Positions 22,501 through 29,324 of a stretch of 64,000 nucleotides of DNA are shown here, piece after piece (position 1 is the first letter of the stretch; each line of letters starts with the position of its first letter). The DNA comes from a virus. Taxonomy: Duplodnaviria > Caudoviricetes. Location: IMG/VR virus record IMGVR_UViG_3300028805_000078, positions 32,001-96,000 of that record. The stretch is one strand, 5' to 3'. The notes under the pieces are model-generated. The model was not told the origin of the DNA and made no database searches. It was given only the letters and a program-made list of their open reading frames with translations. Both the position numbers and the translations under genes were made by a program.

Positions 22501-24049
22501 CGATAGGATGAAAGACGCAATCGAGCAGATCAAAGAACAGATGAAGACATTGAAGCAAGGATCTGACGATTGGTACACGGCGCGTGACGCGATATTCAGT
22601 TACGAGGAAGCGATCGAACAGGCTACACAGGCTATTGAAGACAATGAAAAGAAGATGAAAGAGAATCAGCAAGCGATATATAAAGCGCACACTGACGTTG
22701 AAGATACTGTAAGAGAAGAAGCGAGAAGGCGTGAAGAAATTCGGAGAAGTATGTTGTCTGCCACGGTAAATATGGAAGATACTATACTCGACGCGATTCG
22801 TAAACGCTATACTGACGAGTGGGATCTCATTCAGCGTGATATTGACAGGAAACGTCAGGCTCTCGAAGATGAAAAGAATCTTATTTCAGAACGTCTGCAG
22901 GCGCGCAAAGACGCGGAGCAGGAAGCTGAAAAGTATGAACAGCTCGCTGAGTATCAGCGTCAGCTTGCATACATCAGTATGGATCCTACAAGAACAAAAG
23001 ATGCTGCTGAACTTCGTCAAAAGATTACAGATCTTCAGAAAGAAATTGCTTGGGATACCGCAGAGAAGGAAGCACAGGCAGCTCAGGAAGTTATAGATGA
23101 TCAGCTTGAAACATATGAACAATATTCTGCGACCGGGGAGGAACAACTTAATGCATATCTTGAGGATGCTAATAATTTTGCAGACGAAGTAGAGGAGATA
23201 CTTAAAGGTTCTTCGAAGGACATTTCTGATTGGCTTTCTGCAAACATTGAAGAATTTAAACTTAGTCTTAAAGAACAGCGTGAAAATATGATTGAAGGCT
23301 GGAAAGACATGTATAAAGAAATGTATAATATAACGGATATGTATCATGATCTTGTTGCAGAAAAACTTATTGACAAAGAAACGTTTATGAAATATATGAA
23401 ACTCAGTGATGACTATATAAATGCTACAGAAGACATGCGTAAACAAATGGAATACGAATGGGAAACGATGTATGACGATTATATCGCTGCTTTAAAGACT
23501 GGTGCAACATATTTACATCTCGATGATTGGCTTACTTTAGGCGGAGATGGAAAGAAATCAGGCGGTGGCGGAGGAAGTGACGGAAGTGGAGGAGACACTG
23601 TAACAAGCGATGTTCTCAAAACAATAATGGAAAAAGTCAAAGAATCCTTGTTTGGAGGAGGTAAGGCTAATTCGTATATTGGTGGCGGAACTAATGAGGA
23701 TAGAGCTTTTGCTAAATATGCAAGTGGTGGCCTCGTAGACTATACAGGTCCTGCATGGGTAGACGGGTCTCCCCTACGTCCTGAAGCCTTCTTAGACGCG
23801 GAAGATACTGCGTTGATGCGCGGTTTCCTCAATGCTGCAAAGTATGTGTCAGTTCGCATGAACATGCCTTCTATTGATGACAGACTGTTTGGCGGCGCAT
23901 CTAATTCGGTTGGCGATGTTTACATTACAATCAACGAAGCAGAGATTAACAGTGACCAGGATATTGACAAGCTTGCTGAACGTGTTGGTGACAGTTTTGT
24001 GAAACAACTTTCAATGCAAGGATTCCATACGAGTAATTTTAGTTTTTAA
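7598..24049 (+). CDS. Giant tape measure protein (5483 aa) with embedded two-barrel RNA polymerase-like and PD-(D/E)xK nuclease-like domains
   Basis: Lies between tail chaperone and Dit. TP901-type TMP core at about 14520-15450 (YDTAMTNVRMIT...LYRQGLS...IKFAKVAG...SGNVIGTAMNTIMTR). TMP-type C-terminus YASGGLVDYTGPAWVDGS..RPEAFL. RNAP and nuclease motifs are listed in findings. Confidence 0.9.
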   Translation: MADNITMNFELTGVTKAISDVEKLVQVSGELAAPMREAKTAIGGVSEEISAIKEGFDLSSLSSGAASMPDMLQNSINAMAQALSQSAKQMQQAMKVSGGQLTEQLQIAQTYLAVNSRILNNNIQTARALLHDVSPTQRSAFNSSYTTAAQDAANVFRNFANTNGSAMSDRSLELMLRNNKIVSSGVSRMAKNTGAKEDLIYKSLVQTAAAPFMRREVIKDIQRLSGGLIDPTKIQAPKGNFYSRLPEQFRGLSTVITPSTEADISKFVRGNGIKAYKTIEGNKLYNELLNEITGNAHRKGNITLERALNAAGIQTRFKGGSQVGLPTRIDERTLAYVGGFLHRSLNNYLEGAPSYLANMSHLSDDDAERLGAKNGTVAREVDSAFRILAKAGVKDLLYTPNGARLPSVGNPKNIKYIYSKHLAPQGIRPDEFVIPSVTYADFGKGVLPTARDGLIRYSDSTNGKTTNKMISRNILTDLLGMQGNLTYGNGSKTNMGIPKLIYVDFGEDAYAKKDNGELDFDETGNVKYNDATKKIITDMFDKSKHSKTIRGSKYSYSVIKGGPNGDTNYVPISTKHGSVILAAEGDYDDPYSYVSMSKRSLDTFGVNVFDAFENMEEVVGTNKQRAKKMDTRNRSITPSIPFAEMQGWSIPGRSKTAILSMKDLFKLKDGDSDAVGIEGTGIISPGYIPDAAVIRMPGVKGSLLPVNLKNMVQKVYGNVESLYAPTVTASDDMKKAWHTGGIDAVVKQFGDSVLSNGQFVDVLKMDMLLSDDLLKSSFYTKGIKDGATHEQLVDRFYKVLEFMDLSGKNNPLQGIRAVQTAAGFQSQKDVLSNQVAQYLNMDFDTASMNQSRWTEHINKLKYNDQYAYDQLFKHEIDKQEDVMAAMLNPDSQIARKRREAIAKAEEDRMYGRLFGENEFMMGMAALNPFDFVKVLAERNGKGQKGLNVVNKEWFDKLGLTGKGGKAGIAAALGGFALASNIAGLRFPNNFGEQFPLLNNKEYIDSLKEFGMSPNAIYMNAATLRKMGTGDFDGDTVQLIKGKYADIIRQTFENNKDLIKWDEYGTRIGRLEEPKDVEENRPVNPEDWAQYLYRQAAARFRLGRISNASGAIGQVSSNDVLRSLYAKGALDLADQYDIDTTWIKTGVAANWSKNANKVKQYLGTPFSSVFKDMIGAVASGDYSKFGDLSKVNMPSIYNASSIALMEELTRSPLSSNAVDQLLKAQDSIQNLLTPEQMKQGHGTAFERARTEYFRARNKRIANAITGRGFIPSQEDDDALEALYASYRASAYETFRNSKSLGITQDEKDRIGRELRIQEEIHNAYKTFGLSHENVEKGLGYSGYVKNNAGNYVANNAYTQGQLDANPDLDKVNYGTALTMGGTLAEAGIQSTVRERQEAEAAQYARDTLFGTNPRRWSISNLRLYRRNAIDWYNHTVNDADIGNQGFDPFDTALGSAVHSRLESIINARLQKDLALSEPEILKGVERKERKDNGTVENNLIPLLKEAGLKNYFNENGELDFQFHVDDAAKLNKAIEFVKLASSADFLKDEDIVASEFKTTLDLGQYKHSARKGQDIATIGYADLVTYRHDKNHPENSGFIINEFKSHEANDDGREQTGVYGLSIEKLIQAGMINVDKLRARYGDSFNPRVVGIRTFGYLDENGAPMIIPFGEGTEQRQKAQEQMEAFGKDVSKIEEMAFSKEGLRAAIMAGRQDIVDDVFSFVPKVYKDQLEAEIGSDNSRESLHKARGALLSDETRKQDARTIAEAFSLRKDVDTYIDQLDSMYYELNREGIDAPKVKDKWGLKWSQINSSYDNKLQEFINRGLTSESEEIVSIKRARDRNITAYNSKLLEMAPKDLSDLKDRLNDSVSNIGKSRFVSENEKYKEKLNLMIEEQSSALNQLEKNKDQYAGNEDVYESSLARARANLEEVKQLRDSLVENSDIHLKINLEGDALRDLKQAQSILQQFGFNADNEGYAKELAMHNLKNTQISILESLGAKTVDEQANLLKNIKTNPDAYKDQLSPDLLKVLNLEEYDYDRYIEFQKQRKELQDRYNRGINEDRQRYFEEDLMHKANSINVSSGTIDQWQISSSRLNDKYNSTRKLYEQVNGLYSQRTDLMPGDVEYLNNLRDSVAEYERQLSVMQDAIEQAQENRDWYKKNITDRQDVQRIADINRKYEKQISQRNQPRFGNGLLGSFEKRLYAMRAERDDREYAISQLTEQRMQQQAIADRYTELKGKNGYKFSNEDQDKLDAASRSINELNAQIAGEQSALEGISGASGVAKAAMGALGDAFSRLSSMFGRRIFMKLLSEVTQFMKQYDTAMTNVRMITMKTSEEMDQVGASNFVTARRLKTDVVTVAEVKAGLYRQGLSDEEVEDRTDQVIKFAKVAGIKTETASKIMTTALKNGLVESAQEAMDVLAALGDSAATTADEIQKALQKVAATAHSTGMEYNELTALLTVALDKTQLSGNVIGTAMNTIMTRMRRVNETDYVKASNGEITTINDVDRALSRVGVSIRENGKMKDTVEILRDLSKVWGTIDNDMTKQNIVYAMAGRGAAATNTLYSVLEALGEDGGEAYEKALQTAMSANGTVDEKYTAYLDSYNASLQELNTSIDTLGNTIISSGIAQFFVDFATDVASLPGLIAIALPAITKMITGITVATGVMKTSTAGIIGFGVGAVAAAGFGIYKLIADARKRREEQNLRNEDLSNILNTNEQQNLQKQKSKIESYYDTIESFYDKYGNSANITEVAGQKEVEEFESAVSNLSTTLGTKFKTNIADALSDMGKFKDLIEEITKEVNDEKAKISKEQVTLAAQGNVSFGRNVSAWGGLSNIGTLAPGYDMLDAIYMQSLVDAGLINGYTVKGELINGRSFGLEDTRGNTKTVWGPHAINEIRYVDELVGQLYNGANQIGDAQNVLRANLKNQIVEYNDKYDLGYNEIENFTDVQIEEALKTIAAYSYLENLISKSDEIKTYLSDNDLDQNSVIRNFMASQGENVIANLFSETTTGSINDAFAAHIINKENEKQLLLSDNTSPVYLQLKNGAFGTEGVYQEIANGDHFAKATEAYAYLNDESNRDRIRKNYPDLYKELYDENGKVRSGALSHFTYQSGNRVYGFGTPDFIDSGYYYGKNSNFAGSKALLLNSLPGVSNFAQLEANMSASGEWDYVQSYLDSLAGTDKGAQLQRLKDTNDIEGFRNFLITELQSGSFEEINKLYANAQKQRKYADVFYKMYEQGQLSGENVSELGSFVGYDVSGLADEDLKALARQAYQQVTMTYTDIGMQYASQMMANAISSKDYENWAKENKGKTFADYIAATDNEAVRAIYESARANGYTLNVNAEGTAITSTFAGIPSYEYTNPLINRDLYTPEESRRAAQEYYNMIRGGASQEALKQWLNEDAQRASMISSDWKDLVTWSNLSQEEKDTIYGKNLERRIEINLVTSGLTELETAGEILAGMASSAEKIMSLNKVEAHDAMEQQYGEIRSWQKAEAAYDKLARGERLTPEQWEEIARGYNIADISEFQKGIRGFDELNAYRNEKNRQIGNGFNTTIEEMIKAGNKSKIAQPDLENTIDETQNNLETINESANVAFSEYDELITQYQKSFEQENDQLQETNEQINKISNKIKTQITDKLNSKISEYKTPLKKLDYTDLEIDRETLSSKLNIQRNTLPEVNGLIAETEADLENSKSELEVMESELSGLKDEYKVIDTQWSEINHIVHNPNEIELSDEEKNEYYDKRVIEIYAAAREKQHANAMMEWIAHNNNLQDIINLVRNDDFEQLINDKNNKTTYEKYIQTFVNDYLNAPYSWEEYTDELELVNTKGNWLNREQLEEVRKARRKGYSFEEIFKDMKDIDLTRTEEYKKQFSEYNDRINDVVSIKSSDVPTAIRYIYDIIDEPLESLDTIWSDASTESLRISTDEGLNELYEQLKSDKLSAYQTQLIDLYTQLTAKNTEIEEKEGQIRDKKSEIRSQQTTLNSYRQRKSDLEESISLFIAQIKAIDEAIAEGEMKYNEAENDRVNVLEKLYSVANEWTMLEAAWSDNLSFSDLPEDLQAFLLEQDEVIGLFEQKDLLSSEVSKTTAHRLNEVKQLNDVRRTGKFYSLIPKEKNTTINKNAAVESVSNINTFIPDFVDDNGRYYKLNENGRFYEVNSKGEMLEGLVAGRGLTYEEMYSRRSDIANYMKYLNSLGYYMNNKTGRLELDETGRKTAWSISDAQTARDYMQGAYTYQRNTLSAENLNTAYRTLYEKAQSKGSYDDFLNSLNEEERYALQQIIDTSKEADFFEDINGNRLLSKDVIRNRAYSAGYETNNERFDISNAKVREYIGQLMRGDKTWIDEAEASGYGDQYKSAMQNILGDTYDELYLAATTDNEVSKGLRDAAQKAYEENRINYATRFDEYANEGRELYSNLTSDRASVRRSARQEMIGRAQNIADARWAFGQYESGAIYDDTVMSLLSNATGYTVKQLREKYASGQTNDISVAIDESWNDLTETLKQGVKSMLSTKGIELGDGFENWLDVGAIEEVVGQLPDEIRDYIESVVSLIADVRESQTGTLEESFTQATEQKNKDRQFLLNLRSAENVRDFVNASSRSEEDWNRFVSQNPEIAGAILGGMDNESIVSLINSSLYGGSNYQTAMSLLNTMMPGMFSGELTADKMQETYDVMAPEQREVFDSFMNKYSSVGTLMQAIKDPTISFEEALKGVNEEFRNYEYVEKYGEESETVNKTVKDFTKNARTAVQAIGSMTTKIHSLSYQNKQLNDSMGKAGNQLTDDQLNVLSGIYGIDQSVIKGYGADMIDNLVQGAKESLNEQYAHEIVDPLMESVKAEVEGLSDSQKIEFDQMVHVAMKGDGAVDVSELANIAHQLGLDCEAALNALVGTGSAIEAQWGSDGNKVWYNIIKSALGTGGTKSGGGGGGGKSKFQKFLTELKNKIAVSDHEIKMIQAQETKYENRGEYGNLNAMIELENEAQGRYIDRMKDAIEQIKEQMKTLKQGSDDWYTARDAIFSYEEAIEQATQAIEDNEKKMKENQQAIYKAHTDVEDTVREEARRREEIRRSMLSATVNMEDTILDAIRKRYTDEWDLIQRDIDRKRQALEDEKNLISERLQARKDAEQEAEKYEQLAEYQRQLAYISMDPTRTKDAAELRQKITDLQKEIAWDTAEKEAQAAQEVIDDQLETYEQYSATGEEQLNAYLEDANNFADEVEEILKGSSKDISDWLSANIEEFKLSLKEQRENMIEGWKDMYKEMYNITDMYHDLVAEKLIDKETFMKYMKLSDDYINATEDMRKQMEYEWETMYDDYIAALKTGATYLHLDDWLTLGGDGKKSGGGGGSDGSGGDTVTSDVLKTIMEKVKESLFGGGKANSYIGGGTNEDRAFAKYASGGLVDYTGPAWVDGSPLRPEAFLDAEDTALMRGFLNAAKYVSVRMNMPSIDDRLFGGASNSVGDVYITINEAEINSDQDIDKLAERVGDSFVKQLSMQGFHTSNFSF

Positions 24050-24087
24050 TTAATGGGCGTTAGTGGGTGATTTATTGTCACTTTGAC

Positions 24088-24117
24088 ATGTAATCATTCA
24101 CTAACGCACTATAAGGG
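24088..24117 (+). promoter_or_regulatory. 30-bp promoter-like motif, copy 2 (ATGTAATCATTCACTAACGCACTATAAGGG)
   Basis: Repeat of the motif, upstream of the Dit/Tal/fibre genes. Confidence 0.75.
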
Positions 24118-24249
24118 AAAGAAAAGAAAAATAATCCTCTTAAATCAGGTAGATTTTAAGAAGATTATTAAAAAGATTTAAGAGAATAAATCATAAGCCG
24201 CGTCATTAAAAGGCGCGGCTTTATCTATAACAAAAGGAGGTGAAGTGAT

Positions 24250-25329
24250 ATGCAATGCAGTTTCTCATTCTGCGGAAAAGATGTAACAGATATCGGACTG
24301 AAATACGCTCCCGATAACTCGAATACATACATTTATAATTCTGCAGAAACAAACATACAGGAACAAACATTTGAAGGGCACGACGGAGGATACTTTTATG
24401 GTGTAACAAAGCAACCGAAGGTATTCCAGCTTCGTTGTTACTATGAAGACGAAAGTGTTCTAAATGGTTTGATGACAAGGATATCTCATATGTTTAAAAT
24501 TGGGCGAAGCGGAAAGCTCGTGTTCACAGTGCGTCCTTGGTTATACTATGTGGCAACGGTTGTAGATGTTGATACCTCAAAACTTATCAATGCTAAAAAC
24601 GGACTGGTACTAATTACAATGAAAGCGTATTATCCTTTCGGAAGAACTGACGTTAAATATATCGATAAAGATGATCCGTATTCTGATGATATGTTAATGA
24701 ACAGTGCAATGTTCGAAGAGGATATTAATCCTGTTTGTTCGATAGGAACATCAACCTCTTCCCTATCGCATCCGTTGCTTATATATAATGGCGGAACAGA
24801 AAGAGCTGCCGTTAAGGTGGATATAGCCGGAGATGTTGGAAGCGGTGTAACAATCTATAACGAGACAACCGGACAGGAAATGGAATTCATGGGGCTTCAT
24901 GAAGGCAGTACTTCTGAATACGTTGAGTGTGATGGATTAACAGGTAATTGCTATTGGGTATCAAACAACCAAGCAAAGAACGGAAAGAATGCATTCATAT
25001 ATCACTCACAAGGATTTATAGAACTCGAACCCGGTTACCCGCTCGTAAGAGATATAGATATTAAAACAACTGCTTCGAGTAATATTATAGAAACGGAGCT
25101 CAACGATTTTACTGAAGATATGATAGATCACTACATTTATGCAGACGGAGAGTTTAGAAGGATTACTTCAATTTCTGAAGATGGTAAAAGTATAAATGTA
25201 GATTCGAATTGTACGAATACAGCTGAAGAGCAAACCGTTGTAGCGAAAATGAATAGAATATTTGTGACGCCTGATACAACAATGAACCTGAGTTATCTTG
25301 CGTTCAAGTATGCGCATACGTTCAGTTAA
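24250..25329 (+). CDS. Distal tail protein (Dit-like)
   Basis: First gene after TMP; 'FSFCG...IGLKY...EGHDGGYFYG...GKLVF..RPWLYY...ITMKAYYPFG' pattern. Confidence 0.8.
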   Translation: MQCSFSFCGKDVTDIGLKYAPDNSNTYIYNSAETNIQEQTFEGHDGGYFYGVTKQPKVFQLRCYYEDESVLNGLMTRISHMFKIGRSGKLVFTVRPWLYYVATVVDVDTSKLINAKNGLVLITMKAYYPFGRTDVKYIDKDDPYSDDMLMNSAMFEEDINPVCSIGTSTSSLSHPLLIYNGGTERAAVKVDIAGDVGSGVTIYNETTGQEMEFMGLHEGSTSEYVECDGLTGNCYWVSNNQAKNGKNAFIYHSQGFIELEPGYPLVRDIDIKTTASSNIIETELNDFTEDMIDHYIYADGEFRRITSISEDGKSINVDSNCTNTAEEQTVVAKMNRIFVTPDTTMNLSYLAFKYAHTFS

Positions 25330-25341
25330 GGAGTGTATGCT

Positions 25342-28300
25342 ATGAAAAACAACAGAAAACTGAAACTTAGTATTTACGATTACTCAGGCAATGAGGTTTG
25401 TCCTATATATGATAGTGAAGTACAAGTTCGAGGTCAGGCAACCGATGTCATTTGCAAAGCGGAGCGAAACGGCTGGCGTGAGTTTAGCTTCAATCTTCCC
25501 GGCGATGATTATCGTGCAGAATATGTGCGAGCCGATTATAAATTAAAGGCTATAGATGATTACGGAATTGAATGGTATATTATTACTCAACCGAGAGTTA
25601 CACATAGCGGCAAAAGTAAAAACATATCCGTAACTGCAGGACACGTATGCCAGCTTTTAAAGACAAAAAACATGGCCCTCGAATTCAGTGATGATGAAGG
25701 AAATAACGTAGGTACTTGTGCGCAGTTATTAGCTACTGCTCTTGATGGAACGGGATGGGAAGTAGGAAGTGTAGCTGAGTTTAAGGAGAAAGACGGAAAC
25801 ACAATTAAAGTTCGCTCATTAAATGCTTCTTCAAAGACGGGAGCATTTAAGCTCGTCAGTATGATTTGCGAACTCTTCGAAGCGAAACCTATTTACAGAA
25901 GCAACGTTGAAGTTGTTGAAAACGGCATTAAAACAATTCACAAAGTTGTAGACGTAAAACCTATGAATCCGTTCAGCGAAGCAAAAGAAGCAATATATGA
26001 TAAAGTTGCTACATATGCTGACGGGGAAGTACTCGAACTTCATTACGGCAAAAATGTATCAAACGTTTCGCGCACATTAAAGACAGACAACCTTGTAACT
26101 TGTTTATATGCATATGGTGCATACGGAGATACCGTAAGTAAGTATTGCAGCATTCAGGAATGTAAGCATACAGAATTTGAATTTACATTAACAGCGCCAT
26201 TGACAAGCGGAACGCAGTATTACTTCACTGTAACAGACGATGCGAATGTTTCAATCAGCAGAAGTTTTACACCTTCGCAAAGTGTTGCAAGCGGAACGAA
26301 ATTGATATGGTCCCTAATGGATCGCGCTTCAATGAGTTATATCTGGGACGAATCAAAGGCGAACGATGAAGCCGCAACGCATGCTTATCGTGTTTATGAA
26401 GGCGCTCATGGCACAGAACTTCCTGCAACTATAACAACAAAGCGAAATGAGGTAACAAACGTATTTCCGTTTATAATGGATTACAGTTATTATCTTGATT
26501 GCGGATTGTTTGCTGATAGCATGCTCAATAAGCTTTCGTGGTTTCAAAGAAAGTCTCCTGAATATCTTAGTACTGTTAATGAAAAAACTACTGATTATAC
26601 GACGGACTGGCTGGCGTTGACAAATGCAATAGGTCAGATCAACTTCGCAAAGCTTAAGTATACATCCGTTCAAAACGATGATGGAAGTATAAGAATAAAT
26701 CTTGATAATGACAAGATTTTTTATCGTACTGACTACGATGCAAAGCGACATTTTAAATGGCGCAATGCAAGAAGCCTCAAAGATAACGGCGATCCTATTA
26801 ATAACGAAGCTGCTGTTGTTTATGCCGTGCATAATACAAACCCTTTAACATATGACAAGTTCTATTTAAAGAAAGTAAATGGTGAAACAGATCCGTTAGT
26901 TGTAGGAAGCATCGACGAAGAAGACATAACAAACATAACGCTTTGGGGCGATTACAGTAAGTTTAGCAATAATGACGAGTTTTATCTGTTTGAAACAAAC
27001 GGCGTCAATGGTTTACTTGGCGCAAAAGAAAGCGCCTACGAAGCTCTTGTAATCAGTCTTGATTCAGCGCTCAAAGAAGTTACTATGCAACATCCTGTAT
27101 TCTTTTCTAAGAGTCAGCCTGTTATCGATGAATCTGTTACAGTTCCATCTACGAAGCTCGATATTTACAAGCCTGAATGGGCTAACTTTAATCGTGAATA
27201 TGCGTGGTGGTATGAATACAATGATACCTCTTCGCCTGGCACGCTTCATTTTTGTTATTGGGCCGATGGTGACAGGGATTGGCATGTTGTTTATGTTAGC
27301 AATAATGAACCGAATACTGCGTCCTCTGGATCGTATTTCTATAATTGGCGAACGGCAAAACTATATCGCAGAACTAATGATAGATGGATACACCTCGATA
27401 GCGACGATGACGAAAAAGTAGCTTCTAAGTTTGGAGTTGTGTATGGCGGATGTCTTACCAGAGACAAGCTTTATATTGGAGAGTATCAGACATATACTTA
27501 TGAACCAAATGAAACAATCGCTGCCGGTAATTGGTACATGCCTACAGATTATCTTGGATATTGGTTATTTACGGCAGGATGTGAAAGTGATAAACTTGAA
27601 TACGATACCACAACTGGATTTATGACTGTGTATCCTCACGATCCTAATCTCTCCGAAAACACAGTAGAAGTTAAAAACGCTAGATTCGATAATGTTTTTT
27701 ACCATAAAGAGAATATTCTCGATACGATGACTGTTGAAGAAGGTGCGATTAGTACAGCTACAGGAGGAGACATAGAAGGAATTTGTTACAGATGTAATTT
27801 TATTCCTTTGTATTCGAATCTTACTTATGCTTTTTCGAATTATAGCGGCACGTATACAATCTATTACTATACGCTAAAGCATAATTATATAAAAAGCGAA
27901 GTGTTTCAATCATCGTCGAATATTGTAATTCCAAACAATGCGCGTTACATTCGTATTGCTTCTTCGAATAATTTTGAAGATATGACGGCGCAGTTTATTG
28001 CTTGGAATCGTTCGATTATATCAGGCGAAGAAACGTATTATCTGCTTGGCTCGCCTGTTGGAACCGGAGAGTTAAAAGGTATCAATGCTCAAATTGCAAA
28101 TCTTAAAGAGTATGGAGATAAAACATATCTTGTAGATATACCCGCATTACAAACTGCCCAGGAAGAATATAAGCAGCAGGAATTGAATCTTAAAGATGCT
28201 CTCGGCGAATTATATCGCGAGAGTAAGTGGCAAGATTCTAAGTATGTAGACGGTGATGAAGATAAGCTTTATTCAGATGCGCTTGACACACTGAAGGAAG

Positions 28301-29304
28301 TAGCAAAGCCAGAAGTAACTTACAATATTAATTTCGTTGATCAGTATTGTGTAGATCTTGATGCATATGGTTCAGATCTTCTTCGCTGGCCGGACTTTGA
28401 TACAAACAGTGCCGTGCATTTAATCGATCCGGATATTGGTGTTAATTGCTGGGCGTATGTTGATACTACAAGTAAGTGTTATGATGACTCGCGTAAGACA
28501 ACGATAACGATTAATACGAATCTTAACACGGCAGCACAACATTCTTTTACTGATATTCTTACTAATATTGCTAATGTATCAAGTCAGGTAAAAGCAAAGG
28601 ACACGATTTATGACAGGGCCGCGAATATAACATCAACAGGTAAGTGGACGGCGGAGAAACTCGAAGGCACTATCGATGCAAACAGGTTGAAGATAACCGG
28701 TGGTTCTTCTACGTGGTATACTGACAAAAACGGCAACATGGTGTTTGAAGCAGCCGATGGCTCGGGTGCTATGATGCTCACTGGCAACGGAATGGCTCTT
28801 GCTAATGCGCGCAATAAATACGGAGAGTGGATATGGCGCAGCTTCATGAATGGAAACGGCGCTACTGCTGATGAGATAGTAACTGGCACGATGAGCGCTG
28901 AAAGATTGCAGGCTGGTTCTATCACAACTGATAAAATCAGTTCATCTTTTGGTGAAACACTTGATCTCTCGAGCAATAAAGGAATAAATCTTAAAGTTTC
29001 TTCGATAAAAAACGAAATAGAAAATAAGGTAGAAGATTTAGTCGGATATAGAATGGAAATTATTTCTACGTCAGACATTCTTTCTTCCGATATACAAACA
29101 ACTACTCTTTTTGCGCGTGTATGGCATGGCAGTGAAAACGTTACAGATTCAATTCCTGCATCAAAGTTCGCGTGGAAACGTGTCAGCAGTGATTCAACGG
29201 CTGACAGAATATGGAACGAAAATCACGCAGGAATTAAAACATTCACTTTGACTACCATGGACGTGTTGTACAGTGCGACGTACACATGTGAATTATCAAA
29301 ATAA
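25342..29304 (+). CDS. Tail-associated hub/Tal-like minor structural protein
   Basis: 'ERNG..EFSF.L', 'YGKNVSNVSR...DNLVTCLYAYG', 'PEVTYNINF', 'FMNGNGATADEIVTGTM'; follows Dit. Confidence 0.8.
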   Translation: MKNNRKLKLSIYDYSGNEVCPIYDSEVQVRGQATDVICKAERNGWREFSFNLPGDDYRAEYVRADYKLKAIDDYGIEWYIITQPRVTHSGKSKNISVTAGHVCQLLKTKNMALEFSDDEGNNVGTCAQLLATALDGTGWEVGSVAEFKEKDGNTIKVRSLNASSKTGAFKLVSMICELFEAKPIYRSNVEVVENGIKTIHKVVDVKPMNPFSEAKEAIYDKVATYADGEVLELHYGKNVSNVSRTLKTDNLVTCLYAYGAYGDTVSKYCSIQECKHTEFEFTLTAPLTSGTQYYFTVTDDANVSISRSFTPSQSVASGTKLIWSLMDRASMSYIWDESKANDEAATHAYRVYEGAHGTELPATITTKRNEVTNVFPFIMDYSYYLDCGLFADSMLNKLSWFQRKSPEYLSTVNEKTTDYTTDWLALTNAIGQINFAKLKYTSVQNDDGSIRINLDNDKIFYRTDYDAKRHFKWRNARSLKDNGDPINNEAAVVYAVHNTNPLTYDKFYLKKVNGETDPLVVGSIDEEDITNITLWGDYSKFSNNDEFYLFETNGVNGLLGAKESAYEALVISLDSALKEVTMQHPVFFSKSQPVIDESVTVPSTKLDIYKPEWANFNREYAWWYEYNDTSSPGTLHFCYWADGDRDWHVVYVSNNEPNTASSGSYFYNWRTAKLYRRTNDRWIHLDSDDDEKVASKFGVVYGGCLTRDKLYIGEYQTYTYEPNETIAAGNWYMPTDYLGYWLFTAGCESDKLEYDTTTGFMTVYPHDPNLSENTVEVKNARFDNVFYHKENILDTMTVEEGAISTATGGDIEGICYRCNFIPLYSNLTYAFSNYSGTYTIYYYTLKHNYIKSEVFQSSSNIVIPNNARYIRIASSNNFEDMTAQFIAWNRSIISGEETYYLLGSPVGTGELKGINAQIANLKEYGDKTYLVDIPALQTAQEEYKQQELNLKDALGELYRESKWQDSKYVDGDEDKLYSDALDTLKEVAKPEVTYNINFVDQYCVDLDAYGSDLLRWPDFDTNSAVHLIDPDIGVNCWAYVDTTSKCYDDSRKTTITINTNLNTAAQHSFTDILTNIANVSSQVKAKDTIYDRAANITSTGKWTAEKLEGTIDANRLKITGGSSTWYTDKNGNMVFEAADGSGAMMLTGNGMALANARNKYGEWIWRSFMNGNGATADEIVTGTMSAERLQAGSITTDKISSSFGETLDLSSNKGINLKVSSIKNEIENKVEDLVGYRMEIISTSDILSSDIQTTTLFARVWHGSENVTDSIPASKFAWKRVSSDSTADRIWNENHAGIKTFTLTTMDVLYSATYTCELSK

Positions 29305-29324
29305 AAATATAAAGAAGGGTAAAT

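Noticed and set aside
7598-24049. Intein explaining the TMP length
   Set aside because: I recognised no intein splice-junction blocks or LAGLIDADG motifs. The extra length is accounted for by RNAP-like, nuclease-like and coiled-coil regions.
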